Positions 10,421-18,487 of a DNA stretch of 64,000 nt are shown here, in pieces (the stretch's first letter is position 1; every line of letters begins with the position of its first letter). The stretch is from a virus. Both the position numbers and the translations under genes were made by a program. The stretch lies in the IMG/VR virus record IMGVR_UViG_3300025168_000033, positions 64,001-128,000 of that record; one strand, written 5' to 3'. The notes under the pieces were generated by a model. It saw only the letters and a program-made list of their open reading frames with translations, ran no database searches and had not been told where the DNA came from.

Positions 10421-11188
10421 TTAATCTGGGGTATTTGAATCTACACCTAATGCCAAGTTAATAGCAACTTTAGTATCCGTAGATATTGAATTACAAATTA
10501 TTTTATTTTGAGCACCTGAACATACAGTTACAACATAACTTTCAGCATCGATTCTTTCTAGCTGTTTATTATGAACATGAACTTTTTCATGTACTTCAGT
10601 TACAGAATCATCAATAATATAATCGTAAGTGGATCCTTTAATATGAATTCCTTGTTCATCACCATGAATAGAAAAGATATCTGAATTACCTATTGTATTT
10701 AACGATATGATTTTCTTTAAATCGGTTTCAGTCATTTGAAATTCAAATTTCTTAGCAGTATCACTAAATGCTATATCCTGTTGAGCACTTGTCATGGAAA
10801 TAAATCCTAAATCGTGATGTAAGCAATTTAATTTGATTTTTAATGTATTGTCTTGTAATTCAAGATATTGTACAAAATTTTCATCATTAAGTGTTTCATA
10901 AACAATATGGCCATGAATAGCCGACATGTCAAAATAATTTAATGCTTCAATAATCTTTTTGCCATTAAAGAATCCCATTTTTAAAGGAGATTCTAAATCT
11001 TGATCCAGATCAAATACATCCGCAATATTGACAGTTGTAGATTTTACAACATCTTTAGTTGGTAGATATACATTGGAAGTTACTACTTCATTAGATAAAG
11101 TTAAATAGACCTGTGGATCCATTCGTAACATTTTTGTTAAAAGGTTGCTTAATGCATTTCCTTTTATTCTGTTGATTTTTACTTTCAT
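10421..11188 (-). CDS. gp45: Putative sliding clamp (gp45/PCNA-like)
   Basis: 255 aa, two-fold beta-alpha-beta pattern, ..ESYVVTV..IICNS..VAI C-terminus, adjacent to the polymerase. Confidence 0.6.
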   Translation of the reverse strand: MKVKINRIKGNALSNLLTKMLRMDPQVYLTLSNEVVTSNVYLPTKDVVKSTTVNIADVFDLDQDLESPLKMGFFNGKKIIEALNYFDMSAIHGHIVYETLNDENFVQYLELQDNTLKIKLNCLHHDLGFISMTSAQQDIAFSDTAKKFEFQMTETDLKKIISLNTIGNSDIFSIHGDEQGIHIKGSTYDYIIDDSVTEVHEKVHVHNKQLERIDAESYVVTVCSGAQNKIICNSISTDTKVAINLALGVDSNTPD

Positions 11189-11213
11189 TTATTACAATTT
11201 AGTTAATTTATTA

Positions 11214-11243
11214 GTTATATTACTTTTTATTATTATTGTTTCA
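11214..11243 (-). promoter_or_regulatory. Putative early/middle promoter TGAAAC-N18-TATAAC
   Basis: Upstream of the clamp and polymerase C-subunit; a GATATATAA copy also lies at 11264-11273. Confidence 0.55.
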
Positions 11244-11282
11244 CTCTTTATAACACTTACGCATTATATATCTTAATCAATA

Positions 11283-13451
11283 TTATGCGTCGCATCCACC
11301 ACCCGCACAAGTAAACATTGAATTTTCTGGCCTTTTTGGTGTAGCCTTTGAAGTATTTTCCGATGCAGATAACTTTTTATTTTTATCGATTTTTGATTTT
11401 GTTCGAGTATAGTAAACACCGGTTTTTAGTCCTTTCTTCCAGGCATAAGTTAATGCACTTGATATTTTGCTATATTTAGCATCTTTATGATAAACATTCA
11501 TGCTTTGAGATTGATCAACATATTGGTTTCTAATAATTGCTAAATCTAAAAGAATTTTCTGTGGAATTTCCCAAACAGTTTTATATCTATATCTAATATC
11601 ATCAGGAATTTCCTGAATATTTTGAACACTACCACCATGAGCAATTACCTTATCCCTAATATCCTGATTCCATAATCCAAGTTCATCTAATTCATTTACT
11701 AGATATTTGTTTATAACTATAAATTCACCATCACCAACCATTCTTGTAAAAATATTAGAAGTTACAGGTTCAAAACATTCAAATGCTCCTAGTAAAATAG
11801 CACTTGATGCAGTTGGCATTAACGCAATTAATAATGAATTACGCATAGGAATAGGTTCTCCTGCGGGTGCCGGCGACCATCCTTCTATATATGTTTCTCC
11901 TTTGCTATATTTACTTCCTTCCCAAGCTGGGTAATTTTTATCTTCTTCTATTGCTAATATCATGCTTTCTTCGGCTGCAGCTTTATACATTGTTGAAAAT
12001 ATTTCATCGTTATATTTTTTAGCTTCTTCTGATTCAAACGATATTTTCCTTAACGCAAGAAAATCAGCCATACCAGCAACACCTATTGCAATTGCTCGTT
12101 GATCTTCTCCTGCATTTTTACTCCATTCATCAGACCATTTGTTTTTATCAATTACACGATTCAAAGCTCTTACTAAAACCTTTGTAGATTTTGCAATAGA
12201 TTTCATTGTTTTATGTTCCGCTAAATTTACAGATGCTAATGTACATTGTGGTGTATAGCCAGGTTTACTAGCTTGCATGATTTCAATGCATAAATTAGAT
12301 TGTCCAATAACGCCTATGTTATCTTGCATATTTACTTTATTGGCATTATCCTTGTAGAACACGTATGGCGTACCAGATTCAACACAGGATCTAATAATTG
12401 CATCCCATATTCTTTTAGCTGGTAATTCAGTTCCTAATCCTAGCTCAACCGCTTTATTATATTCATCTTTTAGTTCCGATCCATGTAAATCGTAGAATGG
12501 TTTTAATCCGGCTAATTTAATATCATTAGGACAAAACACATAATACGGCGTTTCATTTGTTAAAGATTCCATAAATATATCATCAACTGAAACCGCCGTA
12601 AATAAATCTCTAGCTCTATTTAATTCTTCACCTATTGGCAATCTTAATTCTAAGAATTCTAAAATATCCGCATGCCAAGTTGAAAGATAAAGAGCACAAC
12701 TACCAGATCTATTTCCTTGTTTATAGAATCTCATGTGCGATTGAACCATATCAGAAAATCTTACAACACCACCAGCAAATCCTTTGAAACTTGACACCAT
12801 ACTTTTTGAGCTTCGTAATCTATCGATACAAAGTCCTATCCCTGATCCTTCTTTAGATCCGTGTGAAATTTTATCTAGGGTTTCATTGATTCCTTCTATA
12901 CTATCATCTTTTAATGTAGTCAAGTTACAGCTAATCATTCCATTTCGTCCTTCAATACCAGAATTAGATAATGTAGGCGTAGCAAAATTTATTTGCTTTG
13001 CATACAATTGATCGAGTAATTTTCTTCTTTCTTTAAATGACTCAGGATAAAGATGATTAGCAACTCTATTATGCATCATAGATGGTATTTCAACTGGAAC
13101 ACCATCATCATTCTTTTTTGAATATTTTGTAAGAAACGTCGAAGCCGCAAATGAATCAAATTTTTCATCTACAGCTTTTGTTTCAACTTCCAGTATTTTT
13201 GCCTGCCTCGTAATTAAAATTCTACCACCAAGAGTTGAATAATCTTGATGTTCGATTTGTAAATCCGCTGCTTGAAAAGCAATAATCTCATCAATATCAG
13301 TTGCAGTCATTTCATCTTTAATGTGCGGTACAACTCTTTGAAAAAGCTTGTCCGGATTAACATTAAGACCTTTTGATTGTCTTTTTAATCTTGTGAGAAT
13401 TTTATTTGGCATGAACGATTGTCTCGTTCCATCACGTTTAATTATCTTCAT
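11283..13451 (-). CDS. nrdA: Ribonucleotide reductase class Ia alpha subunit with ATP cone
   Basis: MKIIKRDG ATP cone, ATPTL, ISC, SNLCIEI, MPTASS, KTGVYY, C-terminal CAGGGC. Confidence 0.97.
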   Translation of the reverse strand: MKIIKRDGTRQSFMPNKILTRLKRQSKGLNVNPDKLFQRVVPHIKDEMTATDIDEIIAFQAADLQIEHQDYSTLGGRILITRQAKILEVETKAVDEKFDSFAASTFLTKYSKKNDDGVPVEIPSMMHNRVANHLYPESFKERRKLLDQLYAKQINFATPTLSNSGIEGRNGMISCNLTTLKDDSIEGINETLDKISHGSKEGSGIGLCIDRLRSSKSMVSSFKGFAGGVVRFSDMVQSHMRFYKQGNRSGSCALYLSTWHADILEFLELRLPIGEELNRARDLFTAVSVDDIFMESLTNETPYYVFCPNDIKLAGLKPFYDLHGSELKDEYNKAVELGLGTELPAKRIWDAIIRSCVESGTPYVFYKDNANKVNMQDNIGVIGQSNLCIEIMQASKPGYTPQCTLASVNLAEHKTMKSIAKSTKVLVRALNRVIDKNKWSDEWSKNAGEDQRAIAIGVAGMADFLALRKISFESEEAKKYNDEIFSTMYKAAAEESMILAIEEDKNYPAWEGSKYSKGETYIEGWSPAPAGEPIPMRNSLLIALMPTASSAILLGAFECFEPVTSNIFTRMVGDGEFIVINKYLVNELDELGLWNQDIRDKVIAHGGSVQNIQEIPDDIRYRYKTVWEIPQKILLDLAIIRNQYVDQSQSMNVYHKDAKYSKISSALTYAWKKGLKTGVYYTRTKSKIDKNKKLSASENTSKATPKRPENSMFTCAGGGCDA

Positions 13452-13461
13452 GTTTTATATT

Positions 13462-14421
13462 TTAAAATTCTTCGTCGTCAAATATTCCTTCGTTTGATAC
13501 TGGTACATCTACTCGTGTATATCCACCACCTGTTCTTCTTTCAAAGAAATTATTCTTTGAATCTAATCCTATCTTTTTCATAAAGTCTAAAGGATTTCTT
13601 GTATTAAAATGTGTTTCGCCAGTAAAGTCATTTAAAACTATGTCTGTTACAAATTCAACATATTCTATCATCATTTCTTTTGTCATTCCTTGTAATCCAC
13701 TAGGCAAACTTTCATTTACAAATGTCTTTTCAGTTTCTGAACAGGATAAAATAATTTCTGTAATTCTTTCTTTAGATGGCTTATATTCATCTTTAACATA
13801 ATCCTTAAATAGCTGTAATGCAAATTCATAATGAAATGATTCATCACTTAATATTAATTCATTCATTTCAGCAAGTCCAGGCATTTTTTGTCTGCTTCTA
13901 AACCAGAATACACCAGCAAAAACAGATGAAAATGCAATTCCTTCAACACAAGCAAAAGCAATTAATTTTTCTATAAATGTACCATTATCTAACCAATGTT
14001 CAGCCCATGATGCTTTTGCATTTACAGATTTATTGGTTGACATAGAATCAAATAATTCCTTCTTTTCATGCGGATCAGTAATATAGGTATCAATAAGCAA
14101 TGCATATCCATTAGCATGTACTTGTTCTATAAACATTTGATGATTATAATAGTATTTAGCCTCGGATATATCTATATTGTCTATTACATTTTTTGAAAGA
14201 TTATCAATAACCAATCCGTCAGATATAGTAAAAAATGCCAATATGTTTTTTAAATAAAACTTCTCGTCATCATTTAATTCATCATAATTATCTTGTGCTA
14301 AACTTACTTCTTCAGCCACCCAAGTTTGTTTTTCTGCAGATTTATAAGCATCCCATAAATCTTGATTCTTAATAGGAAATATTGAATATCGCTTTTCGAT
14401 ATCGGCGTTTTTTAGATACAT
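13462..14421 (-). CDS. nrdB: Ribonucleotide reductase class Ia beta subunit
   Basis: W..EEV, FF..SD, EQVHANGY, VEGIAF, DESFH, NFFE motifs. Confidence 0.97.
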   Translation of the reverse strand: MYLKNADIEKRYSIFPIKNQDLWDAYKSAEKQTWVAEEVSLAQDNYDELNDDEKFYLKNILAFFTISDGLVIDNLSKNVIDNIDISEAKYYYNHQMFIEQVHANGYALLIDTYITDPHEKKELFDSMSTNKSVNAKASWAEHWLDNGTFIEKLIAFACVEGIAFSSVFAGVFWFRSRQKMPGLAEMNELILSDESFHYEFALQLFKDYVKDEYKPSKERITEIILSCSETEKTFVNESLPSGLQGMTKEMMIEYVEFVTDIVLNDFTGETHFNTRNPLDFMKKIGLDSKNNFFERRTGGGYTRVDVPVSNEGIFDDEEF

Positions 14422-14452
14422 CTTGTTAATTTATTTTGTTAGTTTATGTTAA

Positions 14453-14932
14453 TTAATAATTACGTGCTTGGCGATCTTTATTTTCAGCCGCTTTAGCAAA
14501 ATAAAATGAAAAAATTTCTTCAGGCGTAAATCCAATTGATATAGGAAAGTTAAGCATGAAATGTAGAATATCTATCCATTCCATAAACAATTCCTTACGA
14601 TCTCCGTCACTTAAATCACTTATTTTTTTATCTTTATATGAATCATGTTTTGATTTCCAATATTTCCAAACTGCATTACCATCACCATCTTTAATTCCTC
14701 CTAAAGCATCCATCATTTCATGCATTTCATCCTGAACTGCAAATGTATTAGTCATCCAGAAATCTTTTATTTCTCGAATTGTCATGTTTTCAAAATCAAA
14801 TCCGTATGTATTTTCTTGCATTTCCTTTTGATGATTATAAATTGCAGCAAAAGTATCTACGCCATTTTTCATTGCCTCAGTATGTAATTCGTTTACTTTA
14901 AGGTCTTTGCATTCATTATCAATATTCGCCAT
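14453..14932 (-). CDS. Dimeric all-alpha dUTPase/dCTPase (T4 gp56-like)
   Basis: DEMHEMMD, WKYWK, EWIDILHF, K..EN..RQ...Y motifs. Confidence 0.85.
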   Translation of the reverse strand: MANIDNECKDLKVNELHTEAMKNGVDTFAAIYNHQKEMQENTYGFDFENMTIREIKDFWMTNTFAVQDEMHEMMDALGGIKDGDGNAVWKYWKSKHDSYKDKKISDLSDGDRKELFMEWIDILHFMLNFPISIGFTPEEIFSFYFAKAAENKDRQARNY

Positions 14933-14935
14933 AAT

Positions 14936-16345
14936 TTACTTGTTTTTAAGTTGTTCTTTTAATTTTACTAATTCAATTTCTAAAAATAAATGTCGTTTCT
15001 TAAGTGTTTTTCTTTGACCATATAATTCACCTAGCACCTGTTTTAATATAGAATCTCCTTCATTTTTAAATACTGCACCAGTGGATGACACAATTAAAGA
15101 TTTATCTTTTCGTTTTTCTTCAATTTCATTTTGATCGCTTAATTTTTCAACAAATACTTCAGGAGATATATTTATTTGGCGCATTACGGAAGGATATAGT
15201 GAAGCAAAATCAAAGCATGCCACTGCATCATAAAGACCAGGTACTGGTTGCTTTACATAAGCACCTTCATAAGCACCTGTTACTTTAGATGTATATTCAT
15301 CCGCAATAACCATATTATTTTGATAAAACTTTTTAAACATTAATGCTTCAGTAAGATTTACTGCAGAACTCGCTTTATAGATAGTTAGATTATTTAATGC
15401 CGCTACAGAAAGAATTGTATTAACAGTCTTTAGTTTTCTATGAATCAATGTTACTAATCCTGCATCAGCAGCATTATAAGCAACATATTTTAAATAGTCA
15501 TTTTCATACATATCCTGTATCGATCCTTGATATTTTACTTTATTAATACCAAGAACCTGTCGGCCTGCAGTATCTAATGAATGATTTTCTTTTGGTGAAA
15601 CAGTCCTATCGTATGACTTATAAATTTCCATGTAATCTATCATTCCTAGATGAATAGGCAGATCTCCGCGATATGATAATTCATTTACTGGTGATGCAAT
15701 TGCTGGATCGATTCCAAGATTTCTAGCTCGTTTAGTTAAATAGGCCCAGTCAAATCTAAACCAGTTCCAACCTGTTACAAGTGCAAATTTAGGAAGCATC
15801 TTTGAAAAGAATGTATATAACATATCAAATTCAGTTTCAAAGCAAATATATTTAAATTTAAATGTAAGGCCTAATTTAGCAAAATGTTCATCAATCATAA
15901 CTTGAACTCGTGATTGATCCGCTTGACTCATTGGTTTCCAACCTAATACAATAGCTTGTAAATCATCAGTTGTTACAGCAATAGTAGTAACACGTTCTTT
16001 AGCTATTTCAGTATTCGGGAATCCATCAATTACTTCGGTTTCAATATCAATAGAACTCATCTTAGGAAAATTGACAGCCGTAATTACATCTTTATCTTCT
16101 TTAGGAAGGTTTTCAATAATTTCATAGATATCAAATTTAGATAATTTACCTTTGACTGGCCTTACTTTCTTAACTGATTTACCATCCCAGTTTTTAAATT
16201 CATCAGATTTATTTGGATCTGTATCTGCACATACTTTCCAGGATTTGAAATTAGAAATATCGAATTTTTTAATTTGCTTATTTCCTTTAGCATCAAAAAA
16301 TGAAATATTCAATGCGCCATATTGTTTTTGAATATCTAATATCAT
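14936..16345 (-). CDS. gp43A: Family B DNA polymerase, N-terminal subunit (3'-5' exonuclease, motif A, first finger helix) of a split gp43
   Basis: DIETE (ExoI), GWNWFRFDW (ExoII), YNAAD (ExoIII), YEGAYV, FDFASLYPS (motif A); ends after LYGQRK. Confidence 0.92.
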   Translation of the reverse strand: MILDIQKQYGALNISFFDAKGNKQIKKFDISNFKSWKVCADTDPNKSDEFKNWDGKSVKKVRPVKGKLSKFDIYEIIENLPKEDKDVITAVNFPKMSSIDIETEVIDGFPNTEIAKERVTTIAVTTDDLQAIVLGWKPMSQADQSRVQVMIDEHFAKLGLTFKFKYICFETEFDMLYTFFSKMLPKFALVTGWNWFRFDWAYLTKRARNLGIDPAIASPVNELSYRGDLPIHLGMIDYMEIYKSYDRTVSPKENHSLDTAGRQVLGINKVKYQGSIQDMYENDYLKYVAYNAADAGLVTLIHRKLKTVNTILSVAALNNLTIYKASSAVNLTEALMFKKFYQNNMVIADEYTSKVTGAYEGAYVKQPVPGLYDAVACFDFASLYPSVMRQINISPEVFVEKLSDQNEIEEKRKDKSLIVSSTGAVFKNEGDSILKQVLGELYGQRKTLKKRHLFLEIELVKLKEQLKNK

Positions 16346-16572
16346 ATATCTTCTAATTTATCGTTAGGAAATTTAGGAGTAAATTCATCATTTATGTGAC
16401 CACAGGATGCACATGCGAGTACAGGCATAGGAACAATTTGATCTTTATCGGATGCCATTATTATTTTTGAAATTCTTCGTAAAAACGTTTTATTCTCAAA
16501 TACATCATGGCTGCATTCATCACAAGTAACAGGTGTTGACATCATGATGTGTTGCATTGGATTGTCTATCAT
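16342..16572 (-). CDS. Small zinc-ribbon protein
   Basis: CDECSH ... CASCGH. Confidence 0.75.
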   Translation of the reverse strand: MIDNPMQHIMMSTPVTCDECSHDVFENKTFLRRISKIIMASDKDQIVPMPVLACASCGHINDEFTPKFPNDKLEDI

Positions 16573-16589
16573 ATAATTTTGATTTAATT

Positions 16590-16619
16590 ATTATATTCCT
16601 AGCAAGCTTCTATGTTTCA
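16590..16619 (-). promoter_or_regulatory. Putative early/middle promoter TGAAAC-N18-TATAAT
   Basis: Heads the zinc-ribbon / polymerase / dUTPase / nrd operon. Confidence 0.6.
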
Positions 16620-16624
16620 TCTAG

Positions 16625-16660
16625 ACTATCAATCCTGAATAAAAAATTCAGGATTGTAGT
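16625..16660. repeat. Inverted repeat CAATCCTGAAT-AAAAA-ATTCAGGATTG (11-bp stem, extendable)
   Basis: Perfect stem at 16630-16640/16646-16656 with no U-tract on either side. Confidence 0.6.
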
Positions 16661-16719
16661 TACTATATTAAGTTTATAAAAGTGTATTAGATTGTATCAG
16701 ATGTCTTCATGTTACTTCA

Positions 16720-17358
16720 TTAATCAATACCCATTACGTTATTAAAACCTTGCTGTTTCAAAGCTTTTATTCCGTTATCTTGATGTCTTTTATTTTCACC
16801 TTCAACTTCGTAATATCCGCCATTTGCATCAACATGAGCTTTAATTTTTTTAGATGCAAAGTATTTTTCAATATATAATAATTGTTGAGACCTATTAAAA
16901 TCTCTAAATTCATTATGATCGAATTCCATTGATTCATTTACGAATCTTGAGAATTTCATAAATGCTGATTCATCTACTTCATCCTCGTCTTCATCATCAA
17001 TATCGCCATTTAAGCTATGAATTTTATCACCACTTCCGTTAGGTAATCCACCGTCGGCTCCAGGCATTGAAGTAGGACCCATTCCATTTACATTTCCTGG
17101 AGTTACTTCTTCTATCAATTGATCATTATCAAATTTTATGGCTGAAGTTGTATTATAATCACTAATTCTTGATTTAATACCATAAAGATCCATCATCATT
17201 TTAACAACAGTAGAACCTTTCTTTTTATCTTTCAATTGAAAGTAAGTTACTTTATCATTTGATTGAGATATTATTTGACTCACATATTGACTCAACTCTT
17301 TAGAAATATCTAATGCTGAATCACCTGATAATTGTCCTTTAAAGTTTGATTCGTTCAT
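16720..17358 (-). CDS. Putative internal head protein with an internal CTS-like motif
   Basis: MNES start, acidic linker, internal VDESAFMKFSRFVNES. Confidence 0.6.
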   Translation of the reverse strand: MNESNFKGQLSGDSALDISKELSQYVSQIISQSNDKVTYFQLKDKKKGSTVVKMMMDLYGIKSRISDYNTTSAIKFDNDQLIEEVTPGNVNGMGPTSMPGADGGLPNGSGDKIHSLNGDIDDEDEDEVDESAFMKFSRFVNESMEFDHNEFRDFNRSQQLLYIEKYFASKKIKAHVDANGGYYEVEGENKRHQDNGIKALKQQGFNNVMGID

Positions 17359-17364
17359 ATTGAT

Positions 17365-18102
17365 TTATTTTTTATAAGGAGCTCTAACATCGATTTTACC
17401 GCCACTTAATTCTTTTGCAACTTTATCAACCTGTTCTGGTTCAATCTTTGGCATATCCGCTCTTGGTGGTGCACCTTCTGGTGGTCCAACTCTTTGAATA
17501 GCAGCTAAGGCTTTTGCAATTGTAGCTTCACCTCTTTTTTCAAACCAAGCAATAGCTTTTTCTTTATTATAGAATTTTTTATCCATTCCTTCACCGTCAT
17601 AGATTGCAGCTTTAACATTATCCATAGTTGATGTGAAAATATTAGCATCTCCAGCAACAGCTAGACCTCTTTTATTTCCTAATGCATCTCCGGCAGCTCT
17701 AAGAACTGGAACTAAATCACCAATATTTAATTCAGATTGTACTCCTGTTACTTTTGCAGAAGGATTGTTGAACATTGTAGCAGCCCATCTATGATGACCA
17801 TCTAGAATTCTGTTATCTTGTGAAATAACAGCACCAAGATCTCCACCTTCAACTCCTACAATAGCCATACTTAATGCCTTAGCTAAATAAACTGCATCCT
17901 GTGATGGCTTTAATGATTTAGCTGGAATAGAAGCTTTTTTAGTTACTACTACATCGTCTTGAGTATCTCCATCTTTTTTACCAGCTTTAAAAAATTCCTT
18001 GTCATTTTTATTTCCAGGATTTGGAAATTTTGATGGATCGATTTCTTTAGTTTTTAAGCTTTCATTAATAACGAATTGCTCAAATGATATTAATTTTTTC
18101 AT
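17365..18102 (-). CDS. ParB/Sulfiredoxin-family protein with CTS-like leader
   Basis: LKPSQ..VISQDNRILDGHHRW; leader MKKLISFEQFVINES. Confidence 0.8.
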   Translation of the reverse strand: MKKLISFEQFVINESLKTKEIDPSKFPNPGNKNDKEFFKAGKKDGDTQDDVVVTKKASIPAKSLKPSQDAVYLAKALSMAIVGVEGGDLGAVISQDNRILDGHHRWAATMFNNPSAKVTGVQSELNIGDLVPVLRAAGDALGNKRGLAVAGDANIFTSTMDNVKAAIYDGEGMDKKFYNKEKAIAWFEKRGEATIAKALAAIQRVGPPEGAPPRADMPKIEPEQVDKVAKELSGGKIDVRAPYKK

Positions 18103-18119
18103 GTTTAAAAGTATTTATT

Positions 18120-18129
18120 TTATTTATCT
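18120..18129 (-). promoter_or_regulatory. T4-late-like promoter motif AGATAAATAA
   Basis: Upstream of the ParB-like gene; further copies at 18479-18488 and 20731-20740. Confidence 0.6.
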
Positions 18130-18144
18130 TGTTCTATATGTAGT

Positions 18145-18459
18145 TTAGTCATAAACTACTGCACCATCATCACCATAAGTAAATACTGCGGTTTCACCTT
18201 CTAGATCTAAAGCAATTACATCTTCATCAGGCTCTAAAAAATCTCCGGCAGTTCCAGAATCGTCATATTTTTTAAGGTCTTTCATCTTGCCTTTAGCAAT
18301 AACATTATAGACATCTCCATGATAATCCTCAGCTTTATCACCAACCTTTACTTTATTAAAAGGCTTTATTTTTTTAGCTTCATTAACTTCATCGTTAGTT
18401 GATTCTTTTAAATTATAAGATTCATTTACAAAATCTTCAAATGATTCAATATTTCTCAT
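18145..18459 (-). CDS. Putative internal head protein (small beta/SH3-like domain)
   Basis: Leader MRNIESFEDFVNES, then LKES and VNEA. Confidence 0.6.
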   Translation of the reverse strand: MRNIESFEDFVNESYNLKESTNDEVNEAKKIKPFNKVKVGDKAEDYHGDVYNVIAKGKMKDLKKYDDSGTAGDFLEPDEDVIALDLEGETAVFTYGDDGAVVYD

Positions 18460-18487
18460 ATTTATTTATTTATTTGTTTTATTTATC

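Noticed and set aside
9247-16345. Intein or intron explanation for the split polymerase; inteins in NrdA or the helicase
   Set aside because: No Cys/Ser-start or His-Asn-end splice motifs, no homing endonuclease ORF, the intervening DNA is ordinary genes, and protein lengths are normal
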